Positions 21,139 through 35,639 of a stretch of DNA of 64,000 bases are shown piece after piece. Source of the stretch: Lingula anatina (Eukaryota > Animalia > Brachiopoda); NCBI GenBank assembly GCA_051362555.1, contig CM120646.1:17918001-17982000 (forward strand), in the 5' to 3' direction. The notes under the pieces are model-generated. The model did not search any database, was not told the origin of the DNA, and saw only the letters and a list, made by a program, of their open reading frames with translations. Both the position numbers and the translations under genes were made by a program. Positions within the stretch are counted from its first letter, which is position 1; every line of letters starts with the position of its first letter.

Positions 21139-24100
21139 CAGGCTAGCTTTTACGTTGCTCTGACACTCAGGGTAGTAATGTGATATGTGATTCAAGATTG
21201 GGTGCTGTCTTATATTATTGTTTTAACCAAATTGATATTGAGAGTCAAAACAAAGATATATTACTGATAAATTTGTAATATTAATTTGATGTTCTTTATT
21301 GTCTTCAGACAAATAAGTTATCTTAACATTTAGCGAAAAGGTGAATTTGAGATTGTTCAAAATGAATTTGGTCCCCCTAGCTCATGGGCAGTAACTCCAC
21401 AGGGACTCTTGCTGAATGCAATCAGATAAACAGGCCTCCTCTTGTTTCCAACATATATATATATATTCTACTCAAGGCCAATAGGTGGTGTGTTACTACT
21501 ACAATGAAAGCTCAAATAGCATGTTTCAAGCATTTGTGGACTACACTGGCCATCACAAAGATGAATAGTTGTGTAAGACACAGACAGATGTGTGTCTAAC
21601 AGCCAAATGCCTGGCAGTGTGTGCTGGAAAAATTGCTTGTGTTTTAGAAAACAAAAAAGCAGGAGGAGTTGAAAATGAGGGTTGTGGAACACAGGGCTTT
21701 TGTTTGTCTATGTAAGAATACAAGTTGTTTGTAGCATGACAGAGAGATATTAGGACAGTGAAACGGTAAACACATTAACTTGTCCAGTACGGACATTTTT
21801 TTGCTTAGAAATTCTCTTTTCATATAGCTGTTGGCATGTGTGCATACAAATACATGCATACACACACATGTTCAGTAATTATTATTTTTCCTTGGCTCTA
21901 AGTGAAAGTTTCTGATTGATTTTGGATATTTTAAACCTGAAAGCTTGGATAACAAGGTAGCTTCTGTGAAGGATATCCAAGGCATGGTTAGCAAATTCCT
22001 GGGATGAAACAGTCTTTGATTACTACATTCCGCTTATAAAGAGTGGCCATAGTGTTGATAAAGATGTTTTCCAAGATATGGTACGGCAATTGCTCCATAA
22101 ACTTGCTCCAAGTTGACCACTGATATTTACATTAAAATTCTTTTGTTAATTGTCCTTTTAAAATGTACAAAGAGTGACTTTTGATTTTGTCACAAAGGAA
22201 TAACATATTGAAATAAATAAATTAATTAATTAAATGAGAAATAAGTTTAAGTGATGAATTTGAAATCTGTGAGTGGTAAGAGGATTAACATCCCTGCAGC
22301 AGGTGAAGAGTGTTTCCAAGAATCCTGATAGCTGGTCTTCCAGAGAGATAGCCAAGCAACTCGTGACTGTAGACAACCCACCTTTGACGTACTCTTAATT
22401 TAGTCATGGTTGGGACATTAGGTCTGTTTCCCAAATGAATTTAATTTAAACCCAGAAATTTTAGACCACAATCTAATATAGCTCAGTTGTAGATAAATTG
22501 AAATTTGATCTTTTTTTTTAAGCAACACCCCCCCCCCCACCTTAAAAAAAAGGAGGGCATCGTAACATTTGAATATGAAACAAAGCAAGGTTGATTTTTT
22601 TTAAGCTGAGAAGCTCTTCTAAGTTTTTTTTCTAATGCCAAGTGGATGATGGTTACTAGATGGGGATATGGAGAAATTTTCCTGAGGAGGTCTGTCATCC
22701 CTTAAAGAGAAAAATTCTCAGTCATTTGAAATGTAATTTACTCATTTGATTATCTGATTATGCATGAGGGTACTTAGGCATTTCTACTTTCTAACCTGGA
22801 TGAGCACGCCTAGAATATGGTGATAAGTGCCGTGCTGGTTCATAGAGCTGCTTATTTCTTGGCCTTGATCATTACTTAACATGCCATGATTTTTGGGTCA
22901 ATAAATTGAACATGATTGGAAATTGGATTTTTAAGCTCAGCACTATAATGCTGAGATATAATGACCGTTTTGAAGCCTCTGTTTTTTCTCTTCTGATACT
23001 GTATTCTTTATTTTTTGTTTTTGTTTTACTCTGTGTTTTTTGGCCTGTTAAGCTGGAGTGGCTGACATTTCTGTTGTTTTATGTGTGTTTGAGTTAGGTA
23101 GCGTTAAGCAGCACAGTGCTGGGCACTTTTCCTGCTTTCATGTGCCTGGCATGAAAGGGTAGTTGCACAGCGGGGATTGTAAAATGAGAAGAGAAAAAAT
23201 GTAGCCTCTTGAGAGCAATTAACTGGCGTCTAGACAGCCTAGCCTGCCTTGCAGAGGTAATGCCACGTAACCTCGGTACGGCACACCAGGGGTGAGCAGG
23301 GGTGCAGAAAAAGCCAAGAGGTCTGTTAAGTTTCATCAGTAAGAAAAGAACAAGCTGTGAGAGGAAAGTGATTGGTTTAGGAAGGCCAATTGAGCAACTT
23401 ACAGCTATCCTTGTTCGTGTGCTTGTGGTTTTGGGGTCACTTTACAAATAAGATGTTATGTTGATGGATTTTGAACCTGTTTAGAAACTCTTTTCTTTTA
23501 AGTAACATTATTTGTTTTATTTTATTCATGGCATTGTCCAGTAATCAATTTGAAGATCCGGTCATGTTGGGAATTATATATACACTGGCCAAAAACCAGA
23601 GCCCAGGTGGAATAAAGCAATTAACATCAACTAACCCATAGAAATGATTTAAGACTAGTCTATGAATGGTTCAGTCCACATTCCAGAGGCTGATACAAAT
23701 GTGATTAAGAATATGTCCAGAGGCCTGCTTAGACAAGACCTCTGTGGACTGGTTAATGGCCGGTGATATCTGGCAAATAAATAACACAGAGACTCCTTGG
23801 TCTGAAATTGCCCTCTTCTGAATGTAGCTGAGGCCATGGGTTTGATGGGTTATTAGTGAAGTAGACCTATTTCAGTGCATTGCATTGATTATGTTGTTAC
23901 CTCTCAGCTGGCTTGTCTGTGGCCTTGTGCGATAGTGGTAGCAGGAGAGGGAATGAAGGACCACCCAAGCGTCTGTACAGCTTCAAGAGTGCAGTCACAT
24001 GCTCGGTGCAGGAGAAAAATTCATATTTATATGTAAGGAATTAGAATGCAGAAAAGACATGTTTATTGTTAGTTACAGTAAAAAGCATGTGGTAATATTC

Positions 24101-24182
24101 ATACTAAGAAAAAGGTTTGCAGGCCTAGAAATAAAGAGCATAAAAGTCAGAGAAGAACTTCATCAGCTGTGTTAAGTTTTAA

Positions 24183-24306
24183 GAATGGTGTGATTTTTTC
24201 TTCAGTCAACAGCTAATATTGAAGATGTCCTGATAGACATCGAAATATTGGAGCTAAAACCTATCTCAATATTAGCTGTTGACTGAAGGAAAAAATCACA
24301 TCATTC
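24183..24306. repeat. Inverted repeat with arms of about 40 bp (foldback or MITE remnant)
   Basis: gtgattttttcttcagtcaacagctaatattga pairs with tcaatattagctgttgactgaaggaaaaaatcac. Confidence 0.8.
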
Positions 24307-24672
24307 AAAGAACATGAAAGAAGGGAAAAATGTTTAAGAAACTGATATGATTTTTTGTTGGACAAGGGTTAGATTTAAGGAAAACTCACGTGCAGTATCT
24401 TAGTCAAAACACAGATAGGAATGGATTTATGCATATATAAGATTCGAGTTTTGAGAAATATTAGCTTGATGTTATGATTGAATCTGTTACTTGAATAACA
24501 ATTCGGTAAGTAAATTTTGTCTCTAGGCATTTCCATTGCATAACATTTGCAGAGAGCAATTTCTGGTTTGGTTGCATCTGGCTCTCTCTTTTTATAGACA
24601 GTTGAGAGATTATTCATAAGTGTAGCATAAGACATAACAGTCAGAATGACCTTGGTTTATTACTCTTTGCAG

Positions 24673-24981
24673 ACATGGCAACAGCAACCACGTGTGAATA
24701 TTATGACTCCCAAGTAGAGAGCTTTAACACCACAGAGCACTGCGAGACTCCTGACACGGGGAAGAGGGTCCACTGCTATGCCTCGTGGAAGAACACCTCC
24801 CTGGAGTTCAAACTTTTGAAGAAGGGCTGCTGGTTGGACTACAGCGACTGCTATGGCAAGGAACAGTGCATTGAGAATAAAGATAAACCAGACAAGGATG
24901 TTTTCTTCTGCTGTTGTGACAGGGACATGTGTAATACTAATATCAGCCATGTTCCTTTACCTACCACACCAAAACCAACAG
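24673..24981 (+). CDS. ACVR2: Activin receptor type II, extracellular three-finger ligand-binding domain exon
   Basis: HCYASWKN...KKGCWLD...C..CCCDRDMCN Cys box typical of ActRII; ttgcag| and |gtgag boundaries. Confidence 0.95.
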
Positions 24982-25011
24982 GTGAGGGTCATGTAACACA
25001 CACACACACGT

Positions 25012-25086
25012 TTATGCAATGTGTTATGGATATTAGTTATGCAATATGTTATGGATATTAGTTATGCAATATGTTATGGATATTAG
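25012..25086. repeat. 25-bp tandem repeat, three copies
   Basis: Unit TTATGCAATATGTTATGGATATTAG (one substitution in copy 1). Confidence 0.9.
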
Positions 25087-26720
25087 TATTTTTGCAATTG
25101 TTACCATGATTTGTACCTGTGTGTTAGTTGTGTGCCTAGATATCCGTTGCCTTAGATTGGCTTAAAAATTGAACCAACTTAATGACAGTAGGTGTCTGGA
25201 CATGGGACTCACTCATTTGTCGTTCCTGCAAGGTCCTGGTATATGTGTATCATCTGAAGCATTCAGTTGGACTATGTTTTTAGATTGAATTTAGCCTGCT
25301 ATTGAACACAATGTGCCAGTTCCTAAAATGTGGATAGGACACCTCGGGGTTTTTTTATTCCTCCTATCTTTTTTCTACCCCAAGGCCATGGAGCAATTCA
25401 GACACCAAGTTAAGATGTTCTACCATTGTTGAAGGGGCATAAATCTTGAGGAACATTTTTTCATTATTATGATTATGAATATTACTATAATTATTATTGA
25501 TGTTTTTATATACCTTGTTGCAAAATTTGAATTAATTTGAAGAAAAATTAAATGTTCAAGAGATTTTTGATACTCAGACAAATCAAACAGATGTGATGCA
25601 TTTGCGTTAACCTAGAAACGATAAAAAGCCTGGCCCACCTCTAAAAGTGTGGTGTCTTCATACTTAGGCTGCAGTGCATCAGATATGTATCAATGCCATT
25701 ACCTCCTATAACCACTCCTTATTATCCAGATACTGGTTTTACCAGGGCCCCCAACCTATGCCCTTAGAATGGATAATGTATTTCCTAATCTAGATGTGCT
25801 TTAGGAGGAGGGCACTACTTTCACAAGAACAAGATTTTAAATCTGATATCAAGTTTTTTTTTTCAAGCTGAAATATGTGGTCCCTGGTAAACAGTACCTG
25901 CACTCGCGCACCAGCTCTTATATCTCTAACCAGTTAATGTTTTTACTTTTCAAAACCTTTTACTCTTGAAATAGAACATATCTGCATCATGTCTTTTTTT
26001 TATTGTTAAACAAAAGGGAGGAAAGTTGATAATGATCTCACAGTACGTAACTTAAGAGTGCATTTGCCCTCTCTGATGGATCTGTAGATAACCATCAGTA
26101 GTGTGGGTTACTGCCCAAAATTGGTATGCCAAGGGAGTATTCAGTGCACTTATCGCCTGCTGCAGACTTTTCTGTAGAGGAGTCGCTGGCTAAAGCGTGA
26201 AAATGAATGCAGTTTCTGCTTGGCTCTTAGTGTATTTAATTTTGCAATATTGAGTTGCTTGACTTGCTTCAATTTTCCCAGATATTAAAGTCTGTTTAAA
26301 GTTACCTTTAAGGTCCCATAGTGGGATTTTCTTTTATTTTTTTATGAAGGTCATTGAACAATTGTGAAGACCTACATTCATACCTTTTACTTAAAAAATA
26401 TGTTCAGTAATTGTCGAAGTAGTTTTACAAAGATAGATAAAAAGGTAAATGTGTAAGCTGGGAAAGGAAAAAAGGCAAAAGAAGGGCCTACTGCATATTC
26501 TAAAAAAAATTATCTTTCATACTTATGTGCACCATAGAGCTTTGGTCTTTCCCAGTCACTCACATGTCTGATGCTCAGGTTTTGCAACCAAAACATCCAC
26601 TTTTAGGAAAAAGGTTAAAACGGGCCCTTATTGCAGCTGTGTTATTTACTTCTGACCACTGGGTTGTATATGAATAACCTTGGAATGAGTATGTACATTT
26701 ATTCTTGTATTGTCTTCTAG

Positions 26721-27439
26721 GGTCTCCAGTGGTTTCCATTGCCCCAGTGTACCAGAATCAGCAGCTGATTAAAACCTTGATCTTTTCCCTCGTTCCTCTT
26801 CTTGCCATAACCATCGTGGTCGTCATCACCTTCTTCCTGTGGAGGCGCCACAAGCAGATAATGTATCACCAACAGATCCCCACGGACGAGCCTCTGCAGG
26901 AACCTCCGTCGCCTCTTATGAGCCTGCGACCATTACAGCTACTTGAGCTGAAAGCTAGGGGGCGCTTCGGCACTGTTTGGAAGGCCCAGTTATTGAATGA
27001 GTTTGTGGCAGTGAAAATCTTCCCTATACAAGACAAACAGTCCTGGATGAGGGAACAGGAAGTGTATAGTTTACCATTGATGAAACACGAGAATATTCTC
27101 AAGTTCACAGCCGCGGAGAAAAGAGGAGATAATCTCAACACTGAACTGTGGCTGATCACAGAGTTTCACGAGCTTGGCTCGTTGTGTGACTACCTTAAAG
27201 GGAACCTCATTGCATGGAATGACATGCTAAAGATGGCAGAGACAATGGCCAGAGGCCTTGCATATTTACACGAGGACATCCCCGGGGTGAAGGGGAGCGA
27301 TGGGAAACCAGCCGTGGCACATAGGGACTTTAAAAGCAAAAATGTGCTCATGAAGAAAGACATGTCTTGTTGCATCGCAGATTTTGGGCTAGCAATGAAG
27401 TTCGACCCAGGTAGCAGCCCAGGGGAGACACATGGACAG
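26721..27439 (+). CDS. ACVR2: Activin receptor type II, transmembrane segment and kinase N-terminal part
   Basis: TM helix followed by KARGRFG, VAVKIF, HRDFKSKN and IADFG; no GS box, so type II; canonical splice sites. Confidence 0.97.
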
Positions 27440-27712
27440 GTAAAGACTGGGTGCCTTATTGGATAATTTGTTCGGTTTAACCAGCAAGAGTAGCTAGCTA
27501 TTTTTGTAGCACTGTACTATGAGTAAAACGTGCCCTGAATACATTTTGCCTCTCTCTGAATTGTAAGTCGTGATTTCTGCACTTTGTACTAAATTTATTG
27601 CACATGTAACATGCTAACAATTGCAAACAGTCCCTGCAAATTAACTTAGGAAATGGTTTGTTTTTAAAAATATATTTCATAGCTGGAGCATATGTTGTGG
27701 TTGCATGTGTTT

Positions 27713-27715
<3 letters not shown>

Positions 27716-27750
<35 letters not shown>
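27716..27750. repeat. (GA)n microsatellite
   Basis: Read directly. Confidence 0.95.
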
Positions 27751-27754
<4 letters not shown>

Positions 27755-28454
27755 GGGGGGAGGGGGGTAAGTTGAAAACATGCTTGGGGGGGGGGGCTTG
27801 ATAAATTAATAGATTAAAAAGGAAATAATGAGGGTACAACAGTCCTCACACCCATGTCCCAGTAAGAGAAAAAAAATTAAAAGAACAAATGCCTCATTGC
27901 TGTGGGCAACCTTTCCAATAATAGCTCTGGGTGCATAAAAGCAATAAACTGTTAAGAAAACATTCGTACTTTTCATTTCCTGTACATCTTTTTTATTTGT
28001 CTTAAGTCTTAATCCAGAATGGCTTAAACTTGATTCCAGCTGGCAGATTTTGGGACTGGTTTTCATAAAAGTAAAAAAAAAAATGCAACTTGTGATAGAT
28101 GTTGTTCATGTTCTTTTTTTATCAACTGGTGTAATTTTTTGTTGAAGCATGATCTGTGTAGGTCAAGGAAAGCATGCTATTTACTGGTCTGAAACGCCCA
28201 AACAAATGGCCAAGTATCAAATTATAATGGCCAAAAAAGAAGAAAAAATTATCTTCTGTAATAATTGATTAATTAAAAAGAGAGACAAGGATCACAGATG
28301 GACAGCAGACAAGTTTACACACACACACACACACACACACTTTTAGTTCATAGAGTAAATTCCTTTTTCATCTTTAACTGAAAAGTCGTGGGTGGATTAA
28401 ATCTGGAAAAATGGGTTTCCATTTGTATTAATGCTTTCTTCATTTTGATTGCAG

Positions 28455-28593
28455 GTTGGGACACGCAGATACATGGCTCCCGAGGTACTGGAGGGCGCTA
28501 TTAACTTTAACAGAGACGCCTTTATGCGTATTGACATGTACGCATGTGGCTTAGTATTGTGGGAAATCGTGTCAAGGTGTTCAGCAGCAGATG
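28455..28593 (+). CDS. ACVR2: Activin receptor type II kinase exon ([18 protein letters not shown]...)
   Basis: [17 protein letters not shown] is characteristic of ActRII; ttgcag| and |gtaag boundaries. Confidence 0.97.
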
Positions 28594-28827
28594 GTAAGTT
28601 GGCTGCCACAATTGCTATGGCCTACAAACACCACTCATTTCATTTCATTATTTTTTCCACCCAAGATATATTTCAGAAATTTGAAAAAAAAAATTCTTCA
28701 CGACATAATCTCAACACCCTTTTCCAAACTTTTGTATAATCATTCACAGGTAGTTATTACTTGTACAGTGTTGGGTGTCCTATAAAACCATTTGTGGTTC
28801 ATGTTTATGGTTTGTTTTGGCTACCAG

Positions 28828-28958
28828 GCCCTGTAGAGGACTACCAGCTCCCCTTTGAAGATGAGGTCGGTCAGCATCCCACTTTGGAGGATATGCAGGA
28901 TGCTGTGGTCCACAAGAAAGTCAGGCCAGCATTTAAAGAACACTGGTTAAAACATGGA
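28828..28958 (+). CDS. ACVR2: Activin receptor type II kinase exon ([23 protein letters not shown]...)
   Basis: YxLPFE.E.GQHP motif; accag| and |gtgag boundaries. Confidence 0.95.
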
Positions 28959-30455
28959 GTGAGTATTGGAAACAGCTTTTTTAAAGAATTATAACTGAAA
29001 CTATCAGCATGAAAAATTTAAACACATGTGCCATACACAGCATCACGCTGCTCATTTCCGCAGTGATGAGTGGGACAAGAGATAGATTTGCTCCCAGCTA
29101 ATCCTGATCAGCATGTTCTGGTTGTTAAAATTTTGCCCACATAACCTGACTGGAAACGTAAGTTAACTGTTTCCTGTCTAAGTTGGCTCTGATGGGAACG
29201 GGCCTTATCAGCCTGTTACCTTGAACACTAGCAGGAGTCCTTCATTGAACTGTCCTTGTCAACAGCTCAAGGGTTAGAAATAGAGATAATCAGTGGCATT
29301 GGGACAAGAGGTCAGATTGGTTTAACCATTGATTCTTAGATAGATAACTAAACATATGAGAGTATGGATATTTTCATTTCCATTTGTTCAGTGGTGGCAT
29401 GGAGAACTGGTACTGCACTAAGTGCACTTGTCATGAATCTCTTGTAGTTTTGGTCCAAGGATGGTCCGTCTCCCAAAATATGAAAAGCAGTAAATCAAAA
29501 GGAACAGCTGCATATTTCAAGGCATATCTTGCTAATATTATGGCACGCACGCAGGCACTTACACTTACTCACCAATGAATTACGTAGTTGCATGCTGAGG
29601 TACATTTGGATGTAAATTCAACATATTTATGAAAAATAAATAGAATTTCAACTTGCTGAGGTCATTACATTAGTGTAACATCGTATTCAAACGTGACACA
29701 GAGTTTATTTTACTTTTTGATGTTGAAAGTCATTCTGAAGGTGGCGCCATAAGATTGTTGTTCTTTTACGTTATTGTTTTCTGTGTTATAGCCAAGTCAG
29801 TGTTATAAGTAAGATACACACTTAATTACATCCTAGTTCCTAAACTGAGTTCATTTTAGTAAAATAATGTATCACCGATAGCTTATAGGTTGGGGCTCTT
29901 TATATGTTTTTATGAGTTGATGGGAACTCTGAAATGCTAGTCCTTCAAATGAAACAATGAGATGAATTGATTGATTAATCATCTCATTGGAATATAACTT
30001 AAATAAAAAATAAGTGGTTCTTTAAATAGTCTGAATTTTATGTGTTCAGTGATCCCTCAGTATTGTGTGAATGATATCATGCAATTTTTAAAAAAATCTG
30101 AAAAATAAAAGAATTAGACTTACTGAGTCATGAAGTCTGTTTTTTAATAGAGGTGCAGTGTCTTTATTGCATTTTTATTATGCAATATCATGAACATTTA
30201 TTATGGGTTGTCAGGAACATGTTCTTTACCATTCGGGTTTTAGAATGCGATTATTTTAACAAATTTTTTTTTTTATGTTGGCTTAATGGTGGTGGTGGTG
30301 GGGGGGTGTGTTGGAAGAGACTGCTACTCCCCCTCTGCCCCCCAAATCCTCAACCAACACCTGTTTTTTGCAAATATATTGTCATCTTGTATTACAACTA
30401 TGATCTTGCTGTAATCAATCCTTTAACTCATACATTCTTGTCTTCATCTCTGCAG

Positions 30456-30653
30456 GGTTTGCAGGCATTCTGTGACACCATCGAGGAATGCTGGGACCAG
30501 GATGCAGAGGCACGTTTGTCAGCTGGTTGTGTCGAGGAGCGCATTTCACAACTTGTTCGCCTCACAGCCGCCAGCACCCCCCTACCTCAGACTGCCGTCA
30601 TCACCTCGAGTAATAATAATCCAGAAGTGACACAAAAAGAATCTAGCATCTGA
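30456..30653 (+). CDS. ACVR2: Activin receptor type II last exon (TIEECWDQDAEARLSAGCVEERI...KESSI*)
   Basis: Kinase subdomain XI; C-terminal PDZ-binding KESSI as in vertebrate ACVR2B; ctgcag| acceptor. Confidence 0.96.
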   Translation, partial: GLQAFCDTIEECWDQDAEARLSAGCVEERISQLVRLTAASTPLPQTAVITSSNNNPEVTQKESSI

Positions 30654-33600
30654 GCTGTGCAAAAAACACACATATGGACCTCTGAAAATAAGCAACAGTA
30701 TTGCAGGACACTGAGAATTATGACGTATGTGGGGTTGGTGTATGACCATGGCATTGCCATGACAACTGTTGCCATGGAGTTGCTATGGAGCAAGAAACCG
30801 GTGAACCCATACCTCAGATATGTACAGTAATGGCGCTGTGTAAAAAGTCACCAACTGATTTATGATGTTCACTTGCCTTATATATAGTAATATATATATA
30901 TAGAAAGAAACATAGATATAGTGATATATATATAGGTTGCATTAGTTGTACTTATGTCTACATTCTTGGATGATGAGATTACAGGGAACTGACTTGTACA
31001 TAGCCCTCCCTTCAAAGACGGTGGTCCTCCTGTGTGTAAACATGAAGGCAATGTGACCCTGTGACCTAGCAGCACTTAGGGACTTCTGTGTTTCCACAGA
31101 CTATGTATCCCTGCACCTTATGGCCGAGAAACGGGGGAGGGGGGGGGGGTAAATGAAACGGGGAGTTTTTAAAAAAAGAGAGTTGAGTGTCATGTTGAGA
31201 GACTTGGTCAAGATCTGATGTTGCCTATGACAAAATGCCAGCTGAGGGGGGGTATTGGCTGAGATAATATTATAGCCAAGTGCCCTTGATGGAATGTGAA
31301 GTGGTAAAGAAGAGACCTATGAAACTCTTTCCACAGTCTCACTATCTACTGCCTTGGAACAATGCTGCAGCATAAGCAGCACTATATATTATGTGTATGC
31401 AAGTGAAGGAGTGGACATGCTAGGCAAAATGGCTATCACTGGGCACATATGACCAGTAGAAGTGCAATTCTGTAAGCTGGCTTGTGATCTGTTCAATTTT
31501 ACTAACTGTAAGTGAGGGGAAAAAGAATGGACATTTTCACAGAAGTCTACAACAAAGAAAATAGGGTTAAATAATAGAAATGCCAACTAAAAGCATTTAA
31601 GTTGGCCTGAGGCAGAAGTAGGTCTAGCAGGCTTGGTGAATGATTATGGTTCAAAACGGGATAAACTGGTGTATATCTGGGTTTGAGTTAAGAGGAATCG
31701 GGTGATATCAACTAGCAGTCTCCTCCATACTGTAATCACACACACACACAATCAAGTTATGAAAAGTGTGCTGCTGGAAAGCAGTTTCTGTTTCAGACTT
31801 GGGTGTAAAAAAGGCCATCATTTTAGTGGCGTGGAAGTCTGAATTTCCTCAGGTAATTATTCACAAACTCAAAATAACATTTTACCTTTGAATTTTCTCT
31901 TATTCCAACATGAATTGTTTTTTAGTTACAGAACGGGAAACATTTTTCAAAGTTGCATCCAGCTCCTTGTTTTAAATTTTTGAATGGTACCTTTTGAGAG
32001 TGCAAACGAAATATTATTTTGGAAAGTAACAGATGTCAGTTTCATTCAGTCTTTGTGAGTAATTGCCAAACATTTTAACACTTGACCTCTTACCTGTTGC
32101 TTCCGAAGCAACTTATTATATGTATATTTTATTTTTTGGTGGACATGCAGACCCTCCCTGTGTTGGTTATTCATTCGGTCCCATTTTATGTGAAAAGTTT
32201 AACCTGGTGTATAAAATATTAGCAATTGAAGATCTTACAAGCTGGTTTTCTTAGAATACTGCTGGAACTATTCTCGGTCTTGTACATTCTGAGCCAGTTA
32301 TGTATCAAGACTAAAGAGCTCCACCTGTATTCTCATTAAACCAGCCGAAGTTTACTGTAATAAATTTTAAGTCCAGCAGTACATTGAAAACAACTTAAGT
32401 CACCAATTACCTGTGTTCAGATGTATCAAGATTATTACGTGTACTGTTTGGCATATAACAACAGTATGTTTTAAGGTTATTGCATCAGATATGGGTGCAC
32501 TCGGATTTCATAACATTTTTACCTCGTCAATTGATTCAACCTCAAATGCTTTACCTCCTTGAGATTGAGATGTTGAGATAAAAACTGCATTCACAGGGAA
32601 GTGGTTCTTCTAATCTGCTCACACATTGTTTTTAACTGGAAACCACTGGCTCAGCAGTATTTGTTTCAAGTGTTCGGGGAATGGTATATTTGGGACTTGC
32701 TGGCACACTAGATTGTTTTCGATGAACAAAATCCCGGAAAAGAAATGTATCTTCTTTTAGACCCATCCATTTGAGCAGAAAAAAAAAAAGTAAACTGTCT
32801 GACCTCGACTCATCCATTTTGGAAAAAAAGTAAGAAGTAATACCAGTTCTTTATTTATTGTTTTGTGTTACCTGTGGTGGAAGTATATACCACATTGAAC
32901 ATGGATTAGTGTCATTCTTGATGCGAGACGGAGGCGTTGTATATTGAACATTCAACATAGCCTGAAAGATTTGTATACTTGCAGGGATTCTCTTCGTCTT
33001 TGTGTTGGCAAATGCATTGAAAGTGATTAATTTCAGTGACGTTAGTTGCTCGAGGTATGTGTAGTTTATTGATTGACTCAGGTGCGACGTCCGTTTTGTG
33101 TGCAATTAGAAAGGGAAAGTTAAGCTTAGGGAGATAAGACAGTTGTATGTTTGCTTGCCTTATTCGAACAAGATTGACAGAATAATTTCCAAAATGATGT
33201 TTTGTTTGTAATACCACAAATATATACTCCACTTTTCTTGAATATTGGGGTCTTGTGAGACGGAATGTTTTTGAATTTAACAAAAAAAGTTATAATTTTG
33301 AAACTTGGGAATAATTACTGAAGTACAGAAATGTTATCTATCCATGAATTGAAATGAGGGATGTCTGATTACCGACAGATTGTAGAATGAATGGATAAAT
33401 ACAAAGAAAATAAGATAGCAATTTACAAAAATTGTTGGCAGTTTTCCAGTTAATGTTCATTCATTTTCACTCTGGTTAAAGGACTATTTTATGCAACATT
33501 GTTGAAAAGAGGGATAGATAGTGGCTAATTGGAGAGAATGCAATTCTTTATCTCAAAGATGAAAATGCTCTTCTGATGAGTTGATTGAAATATCAAAGTC

Positions 33601-35623
33601 CTGAGTTTCTGAAAAGGCTTATTGAATAAGTGATTTGTTGTTATGGAACATTGGAGCAGTGTTAGTGAATCAGACAATGATGGCTCTGAAAGCTTTCATA
33701 AACTACAAGAATTATATATTTGACATTGACATTCTTATAAGAAGATAACATGGCATCACATTGTATATATTGTGGTATCCCTAAGAACAAGGAAGCATGC
33801 CACCTTGTTGCAGAGAATGTGGTAATAGCACTGCAAGCAACGAGGTGACAGTTGTGAGGTGCCTTTGAGGAACTGAGCACTTCGGTGCATGTATTACGGG
33901 TAAAACTCCTTGGAAGGCAGTTGTGACTGATTTTTATTATACATGATAATTATAATATTGCTGTACAGTCCTGTATTACTATATTTACATATTGCAGCTT
34001 ACAATAACAGTGGAAGAGGGTGGAAGTTCATGGACCGAGAGGGGTCCACGCATTTCACTGATCTATGTTATTATTGTAGTACTGTTCTTTAAACTACAAA
34101 AAATATCAACATATCCCGGGTTATTTTATCGTGAAGTATTTGAAGTTTAAATGTATTGTTTTATGTTTTTATTATCATTATTATGATTATGTTGAGTTTT
34201 TATCCTATTGTGAGTTGCTGGCCACAGTACCGGGATGGTCAGACCTTGAGATCTAGAAGCGGGATATGTATCACGTCCAAATGCGAGTTTTGATACAGTG
34301 CCTATGTTTTATATCATACTGTTATGGATTGTAAGGCCTACCTCAGATGAATGTTTTCTGGAGGAAACGAATAAAAATGTTGATTGACATACCCTTAATA
34401 GCAACAGTGGCTATTTGCATTTATGTAGGAGATGCTGTATGTCAACTGAGTCCAGTTTTAAAATTATAAGAAGTAATTTATCAATTTATGTACAATGAAG
34501 TGGTTCAGAAAGACAAATTCTGAGGGCTAACACTTTCTCTCCTATTGTCATGTGTATACAAGTACTGGACAAGAAGCTGAGCACTGCATAGGAGGGTAAG
34601 GGTTAACCAAGAAATTCCTATTCATAACATACTGTACATTTAAATATTTCAAACATTTTCATGAATTATTATATTAAGATTTATTGAAGGTGTACCCTTG
34701 TTCATTCTTTGCTACATAAGCAACATTTGGTGTCATATATTGGACTTAGTAGAATTTCAACAGGGCTGTAAGATACCTATTCATTGGTGTTGGATTTGTA
34801 TAAATTCTCTACAGTGTGTAAGTATTATCAAAATATAGTTGCATGTTATGATAATGATGTGTAAATGTGATGTGGATCGTTTAATTATTATTATTTTTTT
34901 TCATTTATTTTCATAACTAAAATCTTGTGGTTCTTCGATTAATTATACATCATTATATGACATTTGTTAAGCAGAAGTTAATTTCTTTGTAAATAATTCT
35001 AATTTAGTTTAATTATTTATTTTTGGAAACAAAAGTGTACTTGGTTAGATGATCCTCTGTACTTCCATTTTTTCATGGTAAAGCTAACTGGTCTTCTTCA
35101 GCATACACCATAGACTTGCTTGGTATAAGTCAAGTTGAATTAAAGGCAGCAAAGGCAAATGTTGTAGAAACCTGCAAAAAGTCAAAACAAGTTGAAAAGA
35201 AAGTAGATGTACAGAAGTTGATTTCATTAAATATGCTCTTAGTTAATGTTAAGTCTGCAGAAGAAAAAGTGGAACAATGCACATTATGTGCCTGTCATTT
35301 TCAAAAATTGGGCTGGGGTTGTCATGTTTTTAAGTTCACAGGTGGCAGCACTGTTGGTGCAAACTAAATATCCTGGCATGCAGCACATGCTGGGAAGAAT
35401 TAAGCATGTTCTATTTGGGGAAAGCTTTGTCACTTGGTTAAGAGATAATGGTATTTTTGCACATTTGAAATAATAAGGAAACTAGATAGCCCGATTAAGG
35501 AGCAGTTTGTGAACTTAAAATTGAGATTTAAGTCGTGGTTCTCACAGATACACTGGTTCCTATATTTTTTTAGAACAAGATACATCGTTTTTAAGATGCA
35601 TTTTTAGTAATGGGATTTGGCTC

Positions 35624-35639
35624 CAGCACCATCTGGTGG
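35624..35639 (-). promoter_or_regulatory. CTCF-consensus site (reverse orientation)
   Basis: Reverse complement reads CCACCAGATGGTGCTG. Confidence 0.4.

Noticed and set aside
25012-25086. Repeat array as a CRISPR-like locus
   Set aside because: Head-to-tail units with no spacers, located in a eukaryotic intron
26866-27375. Antisense ORFs over the kinase exon (similar ones occur over other exons)
   Set aside because: Shadow ORFs of real coding sequence
30153-30455. N-terminal part of the 166-aa ORF
   Set aside because: Intronic read-through; receptor homology starts at the acceptor at 30456
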